A stretch of 64,000 nucleotides of DNA from Podarcis liolepis (lineage: Eukaryota): assembly GCA_965112155.1 (NCBI GenBank), contig OZ218103.1. One strand, 5' to 3'. This document shows positions 44,500-57,546 of the stretch, in pieces; positions within the stretch are counted from its first letter, which is position 1, and the number at the start of each line of letters is the position of its first letter. The notes beneath the pieces are model-generated. The model was given only the letters and a program-made list of their open reading frames with translations. It had not been told where the DNA came from and ran no database searches. The translations under genes and the position numbers were made by a program.

Positions 44500-45560
44500 T
44501 AAGGATTAATGGCGAGGCGGGTTCCCTCCACAATCCAGTGCGGGTTCAGGTTAAAGCTGAAGCGAGAGATGCCGCGCTTCTAAAATAGGGACGCCCTTTA
44601 ATACAAAGAGCTCATCCGGGAAATTTGAAAAGCGGTTGCGTCGAAGTGGAAATGGAGCAGTTGAGCGAAACTCCACCGGCCTTTAGTAAATACTGGGACA
44701 CCTCCCGCCCCACACGTTTCCACCATAAGCCCTGAGCCTCCGTGAGGCACTGTCGGCCCCGCCCCGCCCATCTTTCCCCCCCCTCCCCGTCCCACCTATT
44801 CTCTGGTTGCCACGGTGACAGTGGCCCGGCCTACTGGGCAATAGGAGCAGGCACTACTAAGCGAACAAGAAGCGTCAGGAAGGATCGCTCCTTGAGGCGG
44901 AGCCATCTCTCTGAGAAAGGGGGTAGGGCGCAAGGAACCGTCGATCACCAGAGAAGCGACGTGCAATTGGTGAGAATCCTGGTCACGTGCTAGATGGGCA
45001 GGACGTATATAAACTCGGGGTGTGTAGGAGCCTTCCGCCATTTTGTCCAGTGCGACGAAGTGGGAGAGGCGGCGGAATCGAGTCTTGGCGGGAAAACGGG
45101 CGACGCAGCGATCGAGCTCGGTGGCTGAGGGGCGAGAAGCGAGGGAGACTGCGGAGCCGACCGAAAATTAATAATCATAAAACCGTGTAGCGGTTACTCG
45201 CGAGAGTCGGTCACACTCCTGGCCCGGCAGCCGGTGAGGGAGGGGCTTGGTCGGGATGGAAGGCCTCGCGGTTGCGGCAGCGGACAAAGAGCCGCCGCCA
45301 TTTTGTGTGGTTGAAGTAACGTCAGGTCTCCCGCCGGGATGTTGGTCCCGGGGAGGAGATGAAAGGGGAGGCGGACTGCTTGAGCGTGAGGGGCGGCGTG
45401 GTGGGTATTATATTCGCAAGCTCGAGTCGAACCGACGGAGAATTGTGAGGCCGGAGGCCGCTACGATGGGCGGGAAACCTCTCAGTAGTAGGCGCGCCAG
45501 TTACCAAGCCGTAAGAAGCCCTTTTCGCCTCCTCGTGAGCGAGGAGCCTGAGGCCCAGCT
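44500..45560 (+). promoter_or_regulatory. CpG-island promoter and non-coding exon 1 of SRSF3
   Basis: TATATAAA 45006-45013, YY1 motif CCGCCATTTT at 45035-45044 and 45295-45304, E-box CACGTG 44984-44989, ATTGG 44966-44970, RFX-like GTTGCCACGGTGAC 44806-44819, GC boxes 44757-44769 and CHR-like TTTGAA 44624-44629. Exon 1 donor CCG|GTGAGG is at 45233. Confidence 0.8.
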
Positions 45561-45966
45561 CAAATCACCACAGGCTGCCTTGAAGGAGACCTGCTTTGGG
45601 GATCTAAACACAACACGCCCTTCCAAAACCAGTTGTCAGCCCCTGGATGCCCTGAAATGGGGGAAGGATCGACAACTTTCTTATATCGAGGTCTCCTTAA
45701 TTTTGACTTCGCTTTTGTGTTTCAAGGGCCTGGAGTATGGGTCTTCAATATAATATGATTAGTACCTTGGAACAATGAATTATATTTCTAAAGTAGATTA
45801 TAAGATGGACTTAAATGTATGAATAGTTATGCGTTGTAAGTCAAATCATCTGCACTGTATTTTCAAAATCATGAGCCTGTTTCAAATACCTTATAACCCA
45901 AAAGGTTCCCTAACTAATAAATATGAACAGAAGGCAAACCAGTTTTTCCTTGCATGTCTTCCAGAG

Positions 45967-48900
45967 ATGCATCGTGATTCGTGTCCACTGGACTGCAAGG
46001 TTTATGTAGGTAACCTTGGGAACAATGGCAACAAAACTGAATTGGAGCGAGCTTTTGGCTACTATGGACCACTACGTAGTGTGTGGGTTGCTAGGAATCC
46101 CCCTGGTTTTGCTTTTGTTGAATTTGAAGACCCACGTGATGCTGCTGATGCAGTCAGAGAACTAGATGGGAGGTAAAAATTCACTTACATTTGGGTTGAG
46201 CTTGTGTGTATACTCTGATCTATTAATGTAATATGCTGCTTTGATTGAAAAGAAAATTGGTCACAAATAGCCTGGCTTCTGTATTTGGAGATCCAAAAGA
46301 AATAGAACTGATTTTCTGTGGGGGCTAGTGGGGCTGGGAAGTAATTCTTACTAACAGTCTGTTAAATTTGTGTGAAATGTAATCTTTTGCTTGTGTTAGA
46401 AGAGTTTATTTTGAGTACAGTTAAAACATGTTGCATATTATTCCTGAGCTTCTAGATTTTGCACAGCTACCAAGTTTTGGAAACACTGGTTGTGAGCTCT
46501 TGTGATTCTGAGTGCCCTGTTTCAAACATGTAATTTTTTTTTAAATGGAAATATGCTTAACGTTGCAGGCTCTTAATGGCTCAGACTGTAGCTGAATTTC
46601 ACTCATGTTGATTTAAAAACATTTTTATTTTGACATCTATAATAGCTGAAGCTGAATATGCGTTCTATATGATCAAAACAATCTTAAGTGCTGGCTGCTT
46701 CTTAGGAGTGAAATACTGGTCCCCAGTCTAATTTTCAGTTAAACAAAACAAAATTAGACTGACTTGGTATGGTTTTGTGTTGAAGTTTAAATAACTAGGG
46801 AAATACAGGGGCACTAGTTGAAGTGTCTGGCTTAGTTTTATTAGGCTGTTAGAACTAACAACCCTTCCCTTTTTCTCTTAGAACACTTTGTGGGTGTCGT
46901 GTCAGGGTGGAACTCTCCAATGGTGAAAAACGTAGTCGGAACCGTGGTCCACCTCCCTCATGGGGTAGACGTCCTCGAGATGACTATCGCAGGAGAAGTC
47001 CTCCACCTCGCCGCAGGTATTTAGGAGCAAAGAACTTGTATAGTAATGTTTGGCAGTATTACCATTTGTCATAATAGACTTTTTAAAAAATATATATGCT
47101 TGTCTATACCTACCCAGACACAGAATTTTAAAGCATTGAATATGTGTTAGGGGATACATTGTGTTGAACACTGACTTTTATCCTTAGGTGTCTATACCAG
47201 TTGATAGTGCCCTCTAACATGGATTATCATCTTTCCTTCTGAAGTCTGTTCATCTTCTAGTCACTTTCTTTTTCTTCCCAGTACTCCAACTTGGGTTTTT
47301 TTTTGCTTTTCTTTACACCATTGTTGTAAACATTGCATACAACAGCTTGGCTTTTTCACCCACTTGAGATTTTTCCACTTTAGCACAATGATGCCAGGCA
47401 GGCAACTGTTTTTAAAATGGTGAAGCAATGAACAGTTGCTTAGCTAAATCTGAAAATAGTAAATCTGTTGAAATATGACCAACTTTTGAGTTATGCAGGA
47501 ATAAATTTCAAAATAAAGCAGGTTTTTACAAGTAATGCATTCTCTGACCCTGACAGATTGGTTGGGTGTTTATTAGTCGTACTTAAGGTCTTTATATCTG
47601 CAAGGGCTGATTTTAGCCTGTTTCAGGTAAATGAAGTCCATACAAGATAAGAGAGTGAAATCTGTTCCCTTTCACTGTAGAACACAATAGGAGTATTTGT
47701 TAGCTAATAGATGGTTGTACTGATGGCTTGTTTTTCATTTTTNNNNNNNNNNNNNNNNNNNNNNNNNNNNNNNNNNNNNNNNNNNNNNNNNNNNNNNNNN
47801 NNNNNNNNNNNNNNNNNNNNNNNNNNNNNNNNNNNNNNNNNNNNNNNNNNNNNNNNNNNNNNNNNNNNNNNNNNNNNNNNNNNNNNNNNNNNNNNNNNNN
47901 NNNNNNNNNNNNNNNNNNNNNNNNNNNNNNNNNNNNNNNNNNNNNNNNNNNNNNNNNNNNNNNNNNNNNNNNNNNNNNNNNNNNNNNNNNNNNNNNNNNN
48001 NNNNNNNNNNNNNNNNNNNNNNNNNNNNNNNNNNNNNNNNNNNNNNNNNNNNNNNNNNNNNNNNNNNNNNNNNNNNNNNNNNNNNNNNNNNNNNNNNNNN
48101 NNNNNNNNNNNNNNNNNNNNNNNNNNNNNNNNNNNNNNNNNNNNNNNNNNNNNNNNNNNNNNNNNNNNNNNNNNNNNNNNNNNNNNNNNNNNNNNNNNNN
48201 NNNNNNNNNNNNNNNNNNNNNNNNNNNNNNNNNNNNNNNNNNNNNNNNNNNNNNNNNNNNNNNNNNNNNNNNNNNNNNNNNNNNNNNNNNGAGTAAGCGG
48301 CTTATAAGTAATTACTTTTTCTCAATCAAAGGCTGGCTGTGCATAATTTCGTGGTAACATACATATGTTGCTTGAATAAAACTTTTAAGGGTGTTAAGGA
48401 AACTTAATATAAGAAACTAAACTGCAGTATATTTGCATGCGAGATGGCAAACTACATTTAATTGCTAACTTAGTTCTTCCTTGCAAAAATCTGCCAACTC
48501 CTTTCACCTTTAAACTGTTTTACTAACAGTTTTCGGAACAATTACTTTTGGGATAAACTGGGCAAACTAAGGTTCTTTAGACTAAACACACTATGACATT
48601 TTAATTTTTTACATTCACAAATATGCAGTTCTAATGGTGTTTAATGGCTTTGTCACGGTGTGCATTAGTCTTTCACTTGGTACCTTGTGTCCTGTTGCGG
48701 ACTTTTACCTTGCATGGGTTCCAAAATACTGGTTTATACCAATTTTGGGACTACTTGTGGGACATTAGTATAGTGTTCTAGGCAGTGGATTTAGTTGAGA
48801 TGGAAGTGCTGCATTGGACAGGTTTGCTTATGACATGGTGTTAGTTAAAGCAAACTCATGGTTGGAAGCGTGCTGATCACACTGAGTTTTTAATGCCTGA

Positions 48901-50294
48901 ATCTTTCCATTTTGCTGGACGATGAGTGCCATGTTATTTGGCACATTCACTGGGCCCAACAGTGACTTGACAAGTTGGGAATTGCCTCGCCCCACTGATG
49001 TTGAATTGATGAAAATACTCACTTTTCTATTTTTGATTGTAGATCTCCACGAAGGAGAAGCTTCTCTCGTAGCCGCAGCAGGTAAACTATTGGTGCAGCA
49101 TTTGGGTTGTCTAGATAATGGGTAGGCAAACTAAGACCCAGGGGCCGGATCTGGCCCAATCGCCTTCTAAATCCGGCCCACGGGCGGTCCGGGAATCCGC
49201 ATGTTATTACATGAGTAGAATGTGTCTTTTTATTTAAAATGCACCTCTGGGTTATTTGTGAGGCATAGGAATTCGTTCATTTTTTATTTCCCCCCCAAAA
49301 TATAGTCCACCCGTCTGCCCCCCAAAGTCTGAGGGAAAGTGGACTGGCCCCCTGGTGAAAACGTTTGCTGACCCCTGGCCTAGATAGTGCTTATAGAATA
49401 AGGGACTCCCCACCCCCTTAAACAGATGGCACTGTGGTGCAGATGGCACAGGTGTGACATTTCATAGCCCAAAGGATAGTTGAATTATACACTTGAAGTG
49501 CCATAAATCTCTGACTCCTTTGAAAGTGTACTTGGCCAGCACAGTTGTCAGTATGCTGTGTAAAATGCATGCCAAATGTGTTTATTAAAGTATAGTCTAA
49601 TCTGAATTCAGCTTTAAACAATTTAAAAGTTTTTTTCTGCCATCAAATGCTGTGATAATACCTTTCGTTTTGAATCCAGTATCAATGATGAATTACATAT
49701 TCTTCTAAAATGTGCCTCATAAATTAAGATTTTCAAGCATGTTTACAAGCACTGTACTAGTTAATGCATTGATACCATGTGTTGCTCAAATAGAAAGTAA
49801 AACCTGTGCACATACATTAGTATGTTATAGCCATTAATTTGCAACATATTTAAAAATATGAATTTAAGCTACAAGAAAAAGGTTATTCAAGGAGTGAGAT
49901 TTGAGTATGCTGTTTTTCAAGAATTGCATGAAAAATATATTCTCTTGAAATCCTGATTATTCCTTTTATAGGTCCCTTTCTAGAGATAGAAGGAGAGAGA
50001 GATCACTGTCAAGGGAGAGAAATCATAAGCCTTCCCGTTCATTTTCCAGATCTCGTAGGTAAGAACACTTCCATAACCTTAATGTCTGAATACAGAGTTT
50101 AATTCTGTAGCATATTTACTAGAGAAATGTCATTTTCACTAGTGCACTAATTAAAAGCCTTATAATAGGTCAATTTGTCTAGTTGAAATTTCAGGTGTAT
50201 GTTTAAATAATGATACTGAACTACTTCCATTGTTTGACTGAGAATCTCAATGTATATTCTCTCTAGCCGTTCCAGGTCAAATGACAGGAAATAG
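45967..50294 (+). CDS. SRSF3: Serine/arginine-rich splicing factor 3 (SRp20), 164 aa, 5 coding exons
   Basis: Exons 45967-46172, 46882-47016, 49043-49081, 49972-50058 and 50267-50294 total 495 nt, GT-AG, in phase. The product is the [86 protein letters not shown] followed by an RS domain ending SRSRSNDRK*. Confidence 0.98.
47743..48290 (+). other. SRSF3: 548-nt N run (gap or mask) at the expected site of the SRSF3 ultraconserved poison cassette exon
   Basis: Lies in the intron after the exon ending ...PPPRRR. Left flank GATGGTTGTACTGATGGCTTGTTTTTCATTTTT and right flank GAGTAAGCGGCTTA match, from memory, the ends of the conserved element around the human SRSF3 NMD exon. The content itself is unreadable. 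Confidence 0.75.
49117..49377. mobile_element. hAT (Charlie-like) non-autonomous DNA transposon in an SRSF3 intron
   Basis: Same family as 10983-11227. TSD GTCTAGAT/GCCTAGAT (49109-49116, 49378-49385) fits the NTCTAGAN target preference of Charlie elements. Confidence 0.85.
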
Positions 50295-50601
50295 AACTTC
50301 AGGAACAGCAGTGTACAGGAAGTCATATTAGATCTGAAGAAAGGAGTATGTGAAAGGAGTATGTACAGAACATTGTTTTCTTTTAAGACTTCATAAGCTT
50401 GGTGCATTTTTAAAATGTTTTAGCTGTCAAATTTTGTTTTTCTTGTCTCTTGTAACAGGTGACAAATGTAACAGTTGTGAATCTGTATATGGTTCTGAGC
50501 AGGTCATATGAAGTGTAATAACTTGTTGCTTTACAATGTACCCTTAAGCATAACTTTGATTTGTATTAATGTTTAGCTAATAACCTTGCATAGACTTACC
50601 A

Positions 50602-50607
50602 AATAAA
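50602..50607 (+). terminator. Proximal poly(A) signal of SRSF3 (candidate distal signals ATTAAA 51103-51108 and AATAAA 52717-52722)
   Basis: AATAAA about 310 nt after the stop codon, preceded by 8 TGTA motifs. Confidence 0.55.
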
Positions 50608-52820
50608 ACCTCAAAAGCCATGCAAGTGGCAAATGTTCTTCATATAAATATTGTGTTCTGGAATCTGCAGGATCTAAACTTGAAAGGAAGTACACAACAC
50701 ACATGACCTTTTAATCCTGAGCATTTGCTACAATCACAAATGGGCAATCTATGCAAGGTGAGAGCAGGATTAATGGACAGGATAAAACCAATAGTAAGCA
50801 AAGGGGTTATGAAAGCCTTGTAGGAGCTATATGTTTTTGATACTGTTTTACAAGTTCTGATTTATACCAGTTTAGTCAGAACTACCTTCTACCATGTAAA
50901 AGTGTAGATTAAGTTTTGTATCTTTGTGTGGATCAGTACTTACTGCTGAAATGTGAACTGCCTAATCTGTTCATTATAGAGCAGACCAAAAGAACAGATG
51001 ATTAGCTAAAAGGATTTGGGTGCATAAGGGTACATTGTAGATGCGAAATTTTCTTATTGTGCATAAGTTGTCATGTCACTGTAAACTCTTTGAGATCTTT
51101 GGATTAAAATTTTGGTTACAAATCGTTCTAAGTATTTAACTTTCGTATTTTGACATACTTTCGTTCAAATATAACATTCAGATGGACTTGTGTACAGTTT
51201 AATTCAAATCTGTTATTGTGAACAATTTGAAGCCATAATCAAATTTCACTGTGTTAATGTTTGGATAAAGAGCTATTCAGAGAACGTTCATATGTAAGTA
51301 ACAGACCACACATAGTTCCTTTTAAAATACCTCTTCAAATACCTAGAGGCAATTGCCTCAGTCATCATCTATGGTAATACATGGTTATTTACTACAACAC
51401 ATTCACAACAAGTTACAATAATGATTGGCTTAGCATGCTGCACTCCAATGAGCATTCATTTTAGTAATGAAGCACTCAAACTTGTATACCAAAAGTGAAC
51501 TTGCTATGCAGGGATTCAAGTTAAGCATAAAAATTAAGCTTTGTAATGCCGACAAAGCTTTAAATGCTCTGCATTAAAACAAATGTTGCATGCAACGTTT
51601 ATCCATTGGTCTTGTGCCCAGAAAATAATTGGTCTTGTGAATTTTAGATTAAATCCATACTACTTGAAAACATTTGGTTTAATTTCATTATCTAGCCTTT
51701 TAAGGAAAATTACATGGTCATCCAAAGATTGTTAATGTTTAATATTCTATCTTAAACGGCTTCAAAAAGGGGAAATGCATGCTTCATTAAAGACTTGTCT
51801 TGCAGAGTTCCATTGTGCCTTGTCAACCTATGTGGATAAAGCATTTGTAAAAAAACAAAAAACTCACAGCAGAATGAGCTGTTGAAGTAGGTGTCTTTTT
51901 GGGGAGACAGGCTTGGAGGGGGCAATTGCGAACTAAACCCTATGAAAACAACACTCAAGACTCCACATGAGTCACTTTTATGTACTACCTTGAACCTTTG
52001 CACATGGGTCATATCACATGTAACCCAGGTATCAGAAGCCTTGCTGAAAAATGTGAAGGAGGGGATATAGTTAAAGCATGTCAAATTGCAGAGTTAGAAG
52101 TGCCTGCACTATGCCATGTAGTAAACATCCAGCTCAGTAGTTTTAGTGTGTAAGCTCCCTGTACCATAGAGGTTCTGAAACCTGTGTGAGGAGCAAGAGG
52201 GACTGCAGAGTATCAGCCCAAAAGAGTTGCACATTAAATTCTCCTGGTAAATTTATTGGTTAAAAGCCTCTGGTGGCTTCCTGATCCCCTTTTTATTCTT
52301 TGTGCAATACAAATGTTTCCTTTGCCTGGCAAGCTTGCATCTGGGTCTGGTGATGCTCATCTGTGCAGGTACCTATGATGGATGTGAATTGTGCATTCCC
52401 ACTCCCACTGTGTCCAAAATACTGGTGTAAGCATACAAAGGGGGAAGAAGTCACATTCTCAAATTGGTATTGAAATTTAAGGGAGTTTGGGGTATAACGA
52501 GAGGTGCACATGTACTCTTCAATGCAGCTGTCAACATCTCATTGTCAAGGCAATTTAAGTCCACAGAGAAGTGCATCGTTCTTCACAAAATGGCAATAGT
52601 ATACAAACAGCTTATTCTACTTTTAGAAGAAATTGTACCATCAAGTGATGTTTGCCTTCTCTTGCCCTAGGCACATGGGAGCAGTTGGTTTCTTTGGATA
52701 TGCATCATAAAGTTGTAATAAACTAAAATTGCTATTGTGGGCTCCTACTGAGTAGCTAAGAGATACTCTCTGGCTGAAAAATGGTTACTTGACAGCCTAC
52801 AGCAGTAATGTTTGCTAGTA

Positions 52821-53171
52821 CAGTGGTGCCTCGCAAGACGAAATTAATTCGTTCCGCGAGTTTTGTCGTCTTGCGATTTTTTTCGTCTTGCGAAGCACGG
52901 TGTCGGGAAAGTTTTGGAAAAGCTTCAAAAATCACCAAAGTCTTTAAAAACCTCAAAAAAGGCTACCACACCGCGTTCTATGAGTTGCTCCTCGAAGTCA
53001 AGTCGCAACTGTATTAACGGTGTTAAGAAAAAGGAAACTTGCAAGACGTTTCCGTCTTGTGAAGCAAGCCCATAGGGAAAATCGTCTTGCGAAGCAGCTC
53101 AAAAAACAAAAAACCCTTTCGTCTAGCGAGTTTTTTGTCTTGCGAGGCATTCGTCTTGCGAGGTACCACTG
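52821..53171. mobile_element. Tc1/mariner (Tigger/pogo-like) MITE, 351 bp
   Basis: TIRs CAGTGGTGCCTCGCAAGACGAA/TTCGTCTTGCGAGGTACCACTG, TA TSD, and repeated subterminal TCGTCTTGCGA motifs. Confidence 0.9.
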
Positions 53172-56100
53172 TAGAACATGCAAAGTAATTGTAGTGACAA
53201 GCCTTTGTGCTATATAGCTGTAGGTATGCCCTGACGCTATAACCCAAAGAATGTTGCCACAGAAGAATTCCTGAAGTGGTAACCTATCCATACCTTTCTG
53301 GCTTTCCTTACTCTTACATATGTGGAGGAGACAACGATGTTAACTTCATAACCATGTGATTTATTACAAGCAGTGTGCTTAAAACAACCCATTATAAAAA
53401 GCTCTCAACTGGTGATTAGGTACATAGGCTGGAACCTTAAATCTCCTTTTAGGTGTAACGTGAGGTGGAATATATTTAATGGGATTAAATTTTTTGAAAA
53501 AATAATACTGTGAGTAGGAAGCTAATGACATGGCTTTTTAGGTTATTATATAAAAACCTTAGCTGTGATTGCAAAGTAATGTATGCATATTTTAACAATT
53601 GACAGACGTGTAGGCACAACTTGAATATTGCTGTCTGAAGTTCTAGCTTCAGGTTGGTTATTGAATTCATCCACAAATGCACTAAAACCTTTAATCAGTA
53701 AGGGGACCAATTTCTGGTCATCTTGACAGAATGCAGGCATAATCTGCATAATTAGGTTGCCTGTTTCTCTTGACATTGGTCAAACTACATTTTCTTTGTA
53801 GATAGCTTTCCAGAACAGTTAATTGTTTTTGTTAGAAGGAACAAGGTAGTAAAGTTTAAATGGCAAAATCTGAGAAGTTCACTAATTCAGAGAAATGTCC
53901 TTGGTGTGTGAATATGGAGGGTGTGTGTGTGGATTTGGGGAGGATATGTGGTTGCAGGTAAGAGTCATAGTACACAAGTAGGAACTGATAAGCTGTCTGG
54001 ACACTCACCAGAGCTTCCAGTGCTGTTTTTCTTGGTTCCCTTCATGCTTGAATAATCATTGATTCAGTACAATCAAGAGCAAGAAGACCATAAACCATGT
54101 GACTGGATGAATATTGACTGAACGAACGACCATCTGCACTTTACTTCATCTGTACTGCACTTTACAACGCCGAAACCTCCAATGGAGGTTGAGATTCTGG
54201 TGGCAAACATTCCAAATGGTCACAGAACAAAGTGTCAACAATATCACAGTTTTTGTGAGAATGGGATTAAAATGTCATCCTGGGGGAAGGAAGAATCAGG
54301 GCTAGAAAGCTGACTGGGAAGGAGATACTAGTGGGTTGCAAATCTTTGAAGATAAGAAATCCTAGAGGGCAGTGTAAGTAGATTCAGGAATTTGTGTGAA
54401 GGGCAGATAGATGGGCCTTGAGAAAAAGGCTTTTGAGTTTCCAAGACTAGTCCCTAAGAAGTTCCTGGACCTTGCATGGAACAATTCTGCTTCCTCTGGC
54501 TTCTACGATAAACTGCAGTGGGGTTACATTCTTTTATATGCTACATGCTAATTGAAACTAGTCAATTAATTCTTTGTGGTTTTCTAGTATCAATAAATCA
54601 GTACCATAACACTAAGATATTTAATTAGATCAGCTTCTGTTGGGTATGCGTGTACACACTTTGAATACCATACTCTAATCAGATTGCCAGGAAAGACACA
54701 TCATAAGCACACGTGAACTACCTGCTATATTAAAATCTCTTAAATAAAAGCATGACTTAGTGTATTTGCTTTCAGTGTTAATATTTTGGTAATATAAAGA
54801 TACAGTATAAGCTTGTTTATAGTTGGGTGGGATACACTTGGCATTGGATATGGGAAACCTATGTAAGTGTCCCTTGCCTTCTGCCAAGAAGAATCCCAAG
54901 AAATTTAGGAGTTGCTTGCATGTGCTTGTGGTTTGAATATGAAAAAACAGGCATTTCTTCTGGCTTATCCATGTCTCCAGCACTAGTGAAACAAGATAAC
55001 AACTCCTTTTCCTCTAGAATAGATACTTTGTAGGAATCAAGGAAAAATTGAGATTTGGCTAGCAAGCCAAAGTGATAATTTGTGGAACCCAGTCAGCTCA
55101 TATGTAGGGGTGGAGTGGCACAGTGGATTTTACCGACAGCGTGAAAAGCTGTCTCCTGTTACAAACAGGAGGTTACTTTTTCCATGCTGAATTCAGTCTG
55201 CAGTGGACAGTTGTTAGCAGGATACTTCTATTTTTTTAACTAGCTGTGTTTTAGTGCTGAATAGAGAAGGAATACTCCCAAGATTGAATGAATGGATTTA
55301 TTATGGTCACAGACCAGAAATCTCCCAAGATTAAGCCCCTTGTGACAAGAAAAAATGATTCATCTATATCAGAGGTGAGTCAAATATGTTGAGAAACCTC
55401 TTTTAAGGCCATCTAGTGATGTCCTTTAAGAATTTTTATCTCCTTACCCAGGCACTGCTGGAGGCACTAGGCAAATGAAATTGCATGGCTGCCTAGTTAC
55501 TGCAACTTTGCTGTTGGGACTAAACTCTTCTTCTAATGCAATATAATATAGTAGCTGCCACCATCTTAGATACTGTAAAAGACCATTGTTAGGAGTAGTT
55601 GGTGGAGGCATCCAGTTGCAATGCTAACAGCTGCTAGTTTTCACTAACCTCAAATATTAACGCGTTCTTCATAATTTTGACAAAAGAACTCTATGGTGGT
55701 GTTGCTACTCTAAAATCAGTTGGACTTAAACACTTCCCGCACATATTCTAGCAAGGTAATGGTCATATTTGTGAGTGCAAAAGAAAGTGCTTGGCATTCT
55801 GAACTGGAGCACCTGGCTGTCACTGGAAATGGGAGAAGCCGTCTGAGGAGCATCACAGGTGCCTGGACCAAATTGGAAGTGATACTCCACCCACATCTTC
55901 ACAGCTCCCTGTTGAGTTATTTAAGAAATGTATATCTTGATTTTCACTTATTTCAAAGCAGCTAGGAGCGCTCCTAGCAGCATGAAAACTGCAGTCGCTG
56001 ACTTAAAAAGACAAAATCTTGGTGAGCACCTTGTTTCATTTAAATAGGTATATGGGATATGGATAGTGGTAGTTTTTTGTTTAATTTACTACGATTAAAA

Positions 56101-57202
56101 CACCTTCAAAAGGCATCAAGTCTGTGTGCTCTATTCATCCTACCTGCTCCTTGAAAGCCTTAACGTGGCATGAAATCATGGGAGGGAGGCTGACATGCCT
56201 GTTTATATTTGGTGCGGGTGGGATGCAAGATTATGAACTTGAATGGCAGTTCTACCTAGCACATAGCATTGGTGCAAGGCTTTGTGGCAAATTAAAATGG
56301 CACTGAAGATGGCTTTTTTAATTACTGTGGGGATTTATAATGGTGATTGGCTCCCAGAAACAGCTGTCTGGAATAGTGTCCACTTCAACCAGGCATCAAT
56401 ACAGTGGTGTACCCTATTGCATCCCTCATAGGTGCTGAAGGATGTTGCGTGTCTCGGACAGCCATGCAGTTACAGTTCACTCGCTTACAGATCTATTAAT
56501 GTGCCACAGTTCCTAATTTAGAAACGAAATTTCCTTTCTGCCACCTGGGGAGTCTGGGTGCATCATAGAAAGCAGACAGCATAGTTTTTCCATTAACTTC
56601 AGACTAAAGACAATTTAAAACAGTCAGCTGCATTCTTACATATAAGCTTGGCTGTTGACACAGCCTTAGGCATAACATGGTCCTGGAAGTTAGAGTAACA
56701 GAGAAGGAAAATTGCAGGCTTGTTCTGGTCACGTAAGACACATCTGTGGTAGTTTCTTCGTGTTTGTGGTGATCAGCAAACAACAGCTGGGATTAAACGC
56801 CTCTATGTAACCTGGTCTCCTAGGAACAACTGCAACTAACAAATGCAGACACATATTTATAAAATAAATATACCTCTGATAGGTAGTCATGTTGGTCCAT
56901 TTACGGAAAATGTCCAGCATCCCCTAGGCGTAGTCAGGTGCAGTACTCCAGCCTGCTAATTTTAACACCTCTAAATTCTTCATTCTTAAGTGAGAGAGGA
57001 ATTCCCAAGAACTAGGTGTTATTTTTCCTTTAGAGATGGTGCAATTACCTGTTAAATCCCCAATTATCACTGGGCAAATTCAGCCTGTTTTACTGTTTTC
57101 CTGCACTTAGTTAAAGCATGTAGTGCAAAGAGGTATAGCACACATGAGATAATTCCTTGGAATATACATTAGGTTTAAAAAACAAACAAACTGAAGAATT
57201 TG

Positions 57203-57546
57203 GGTAAAGGTAAAGGGACCCCTGACTATTAGGTCCAGTCGCGGACAACTCTGGGGTTGTGGCACTCATCTCACTTTACTGGCCGAGGGAATCGGTGTAC
57301 AGCTTCCGGGTCATGTGGCCAGCATGACTAAGCCGCTTCTGGTGAAACCAGAGCAGCGCATGGAATCGCCGTTTACCTTCCCGCCGGAGCGGTACCTATT
57401 TATCTACTTGCACTTTGACATGCTTTCGAACTGCTAGGTGGGCAGGAGCTGGGACAGAGCAATGGGAGCTCATCCCGTCGCAGGGATTCAAACCACCGAC
57501 CTTCTGATCAGCAAGGCTCTGGGTTAACCCACAGCGCCACCCGCGT
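57203..57546 (-). mobile_element. Sauria SINE, near full length
   Basis: (ACCTTT)n tail on the minus strand, core GGTCATGTGGCCAGCATGACT...GGTACCTATTTATCTACTTGCAC, and a tRNA-like head with B-box GGTTTGAATCCC on the minus strand. Confidence 0.88.

Noticed and set aside
47711-48357. 198-aa and 209-aa ORFs
   Set aside because: Artefacts of translating the N run.
52821-53171. Repeated TCGTCTTGCGA motifs resembling a CRISPR-like array
   Set aside because: Irregularly spaced subterminal repeats of a TA-flanked MITE in vertebrate DNA, with no cas genes.
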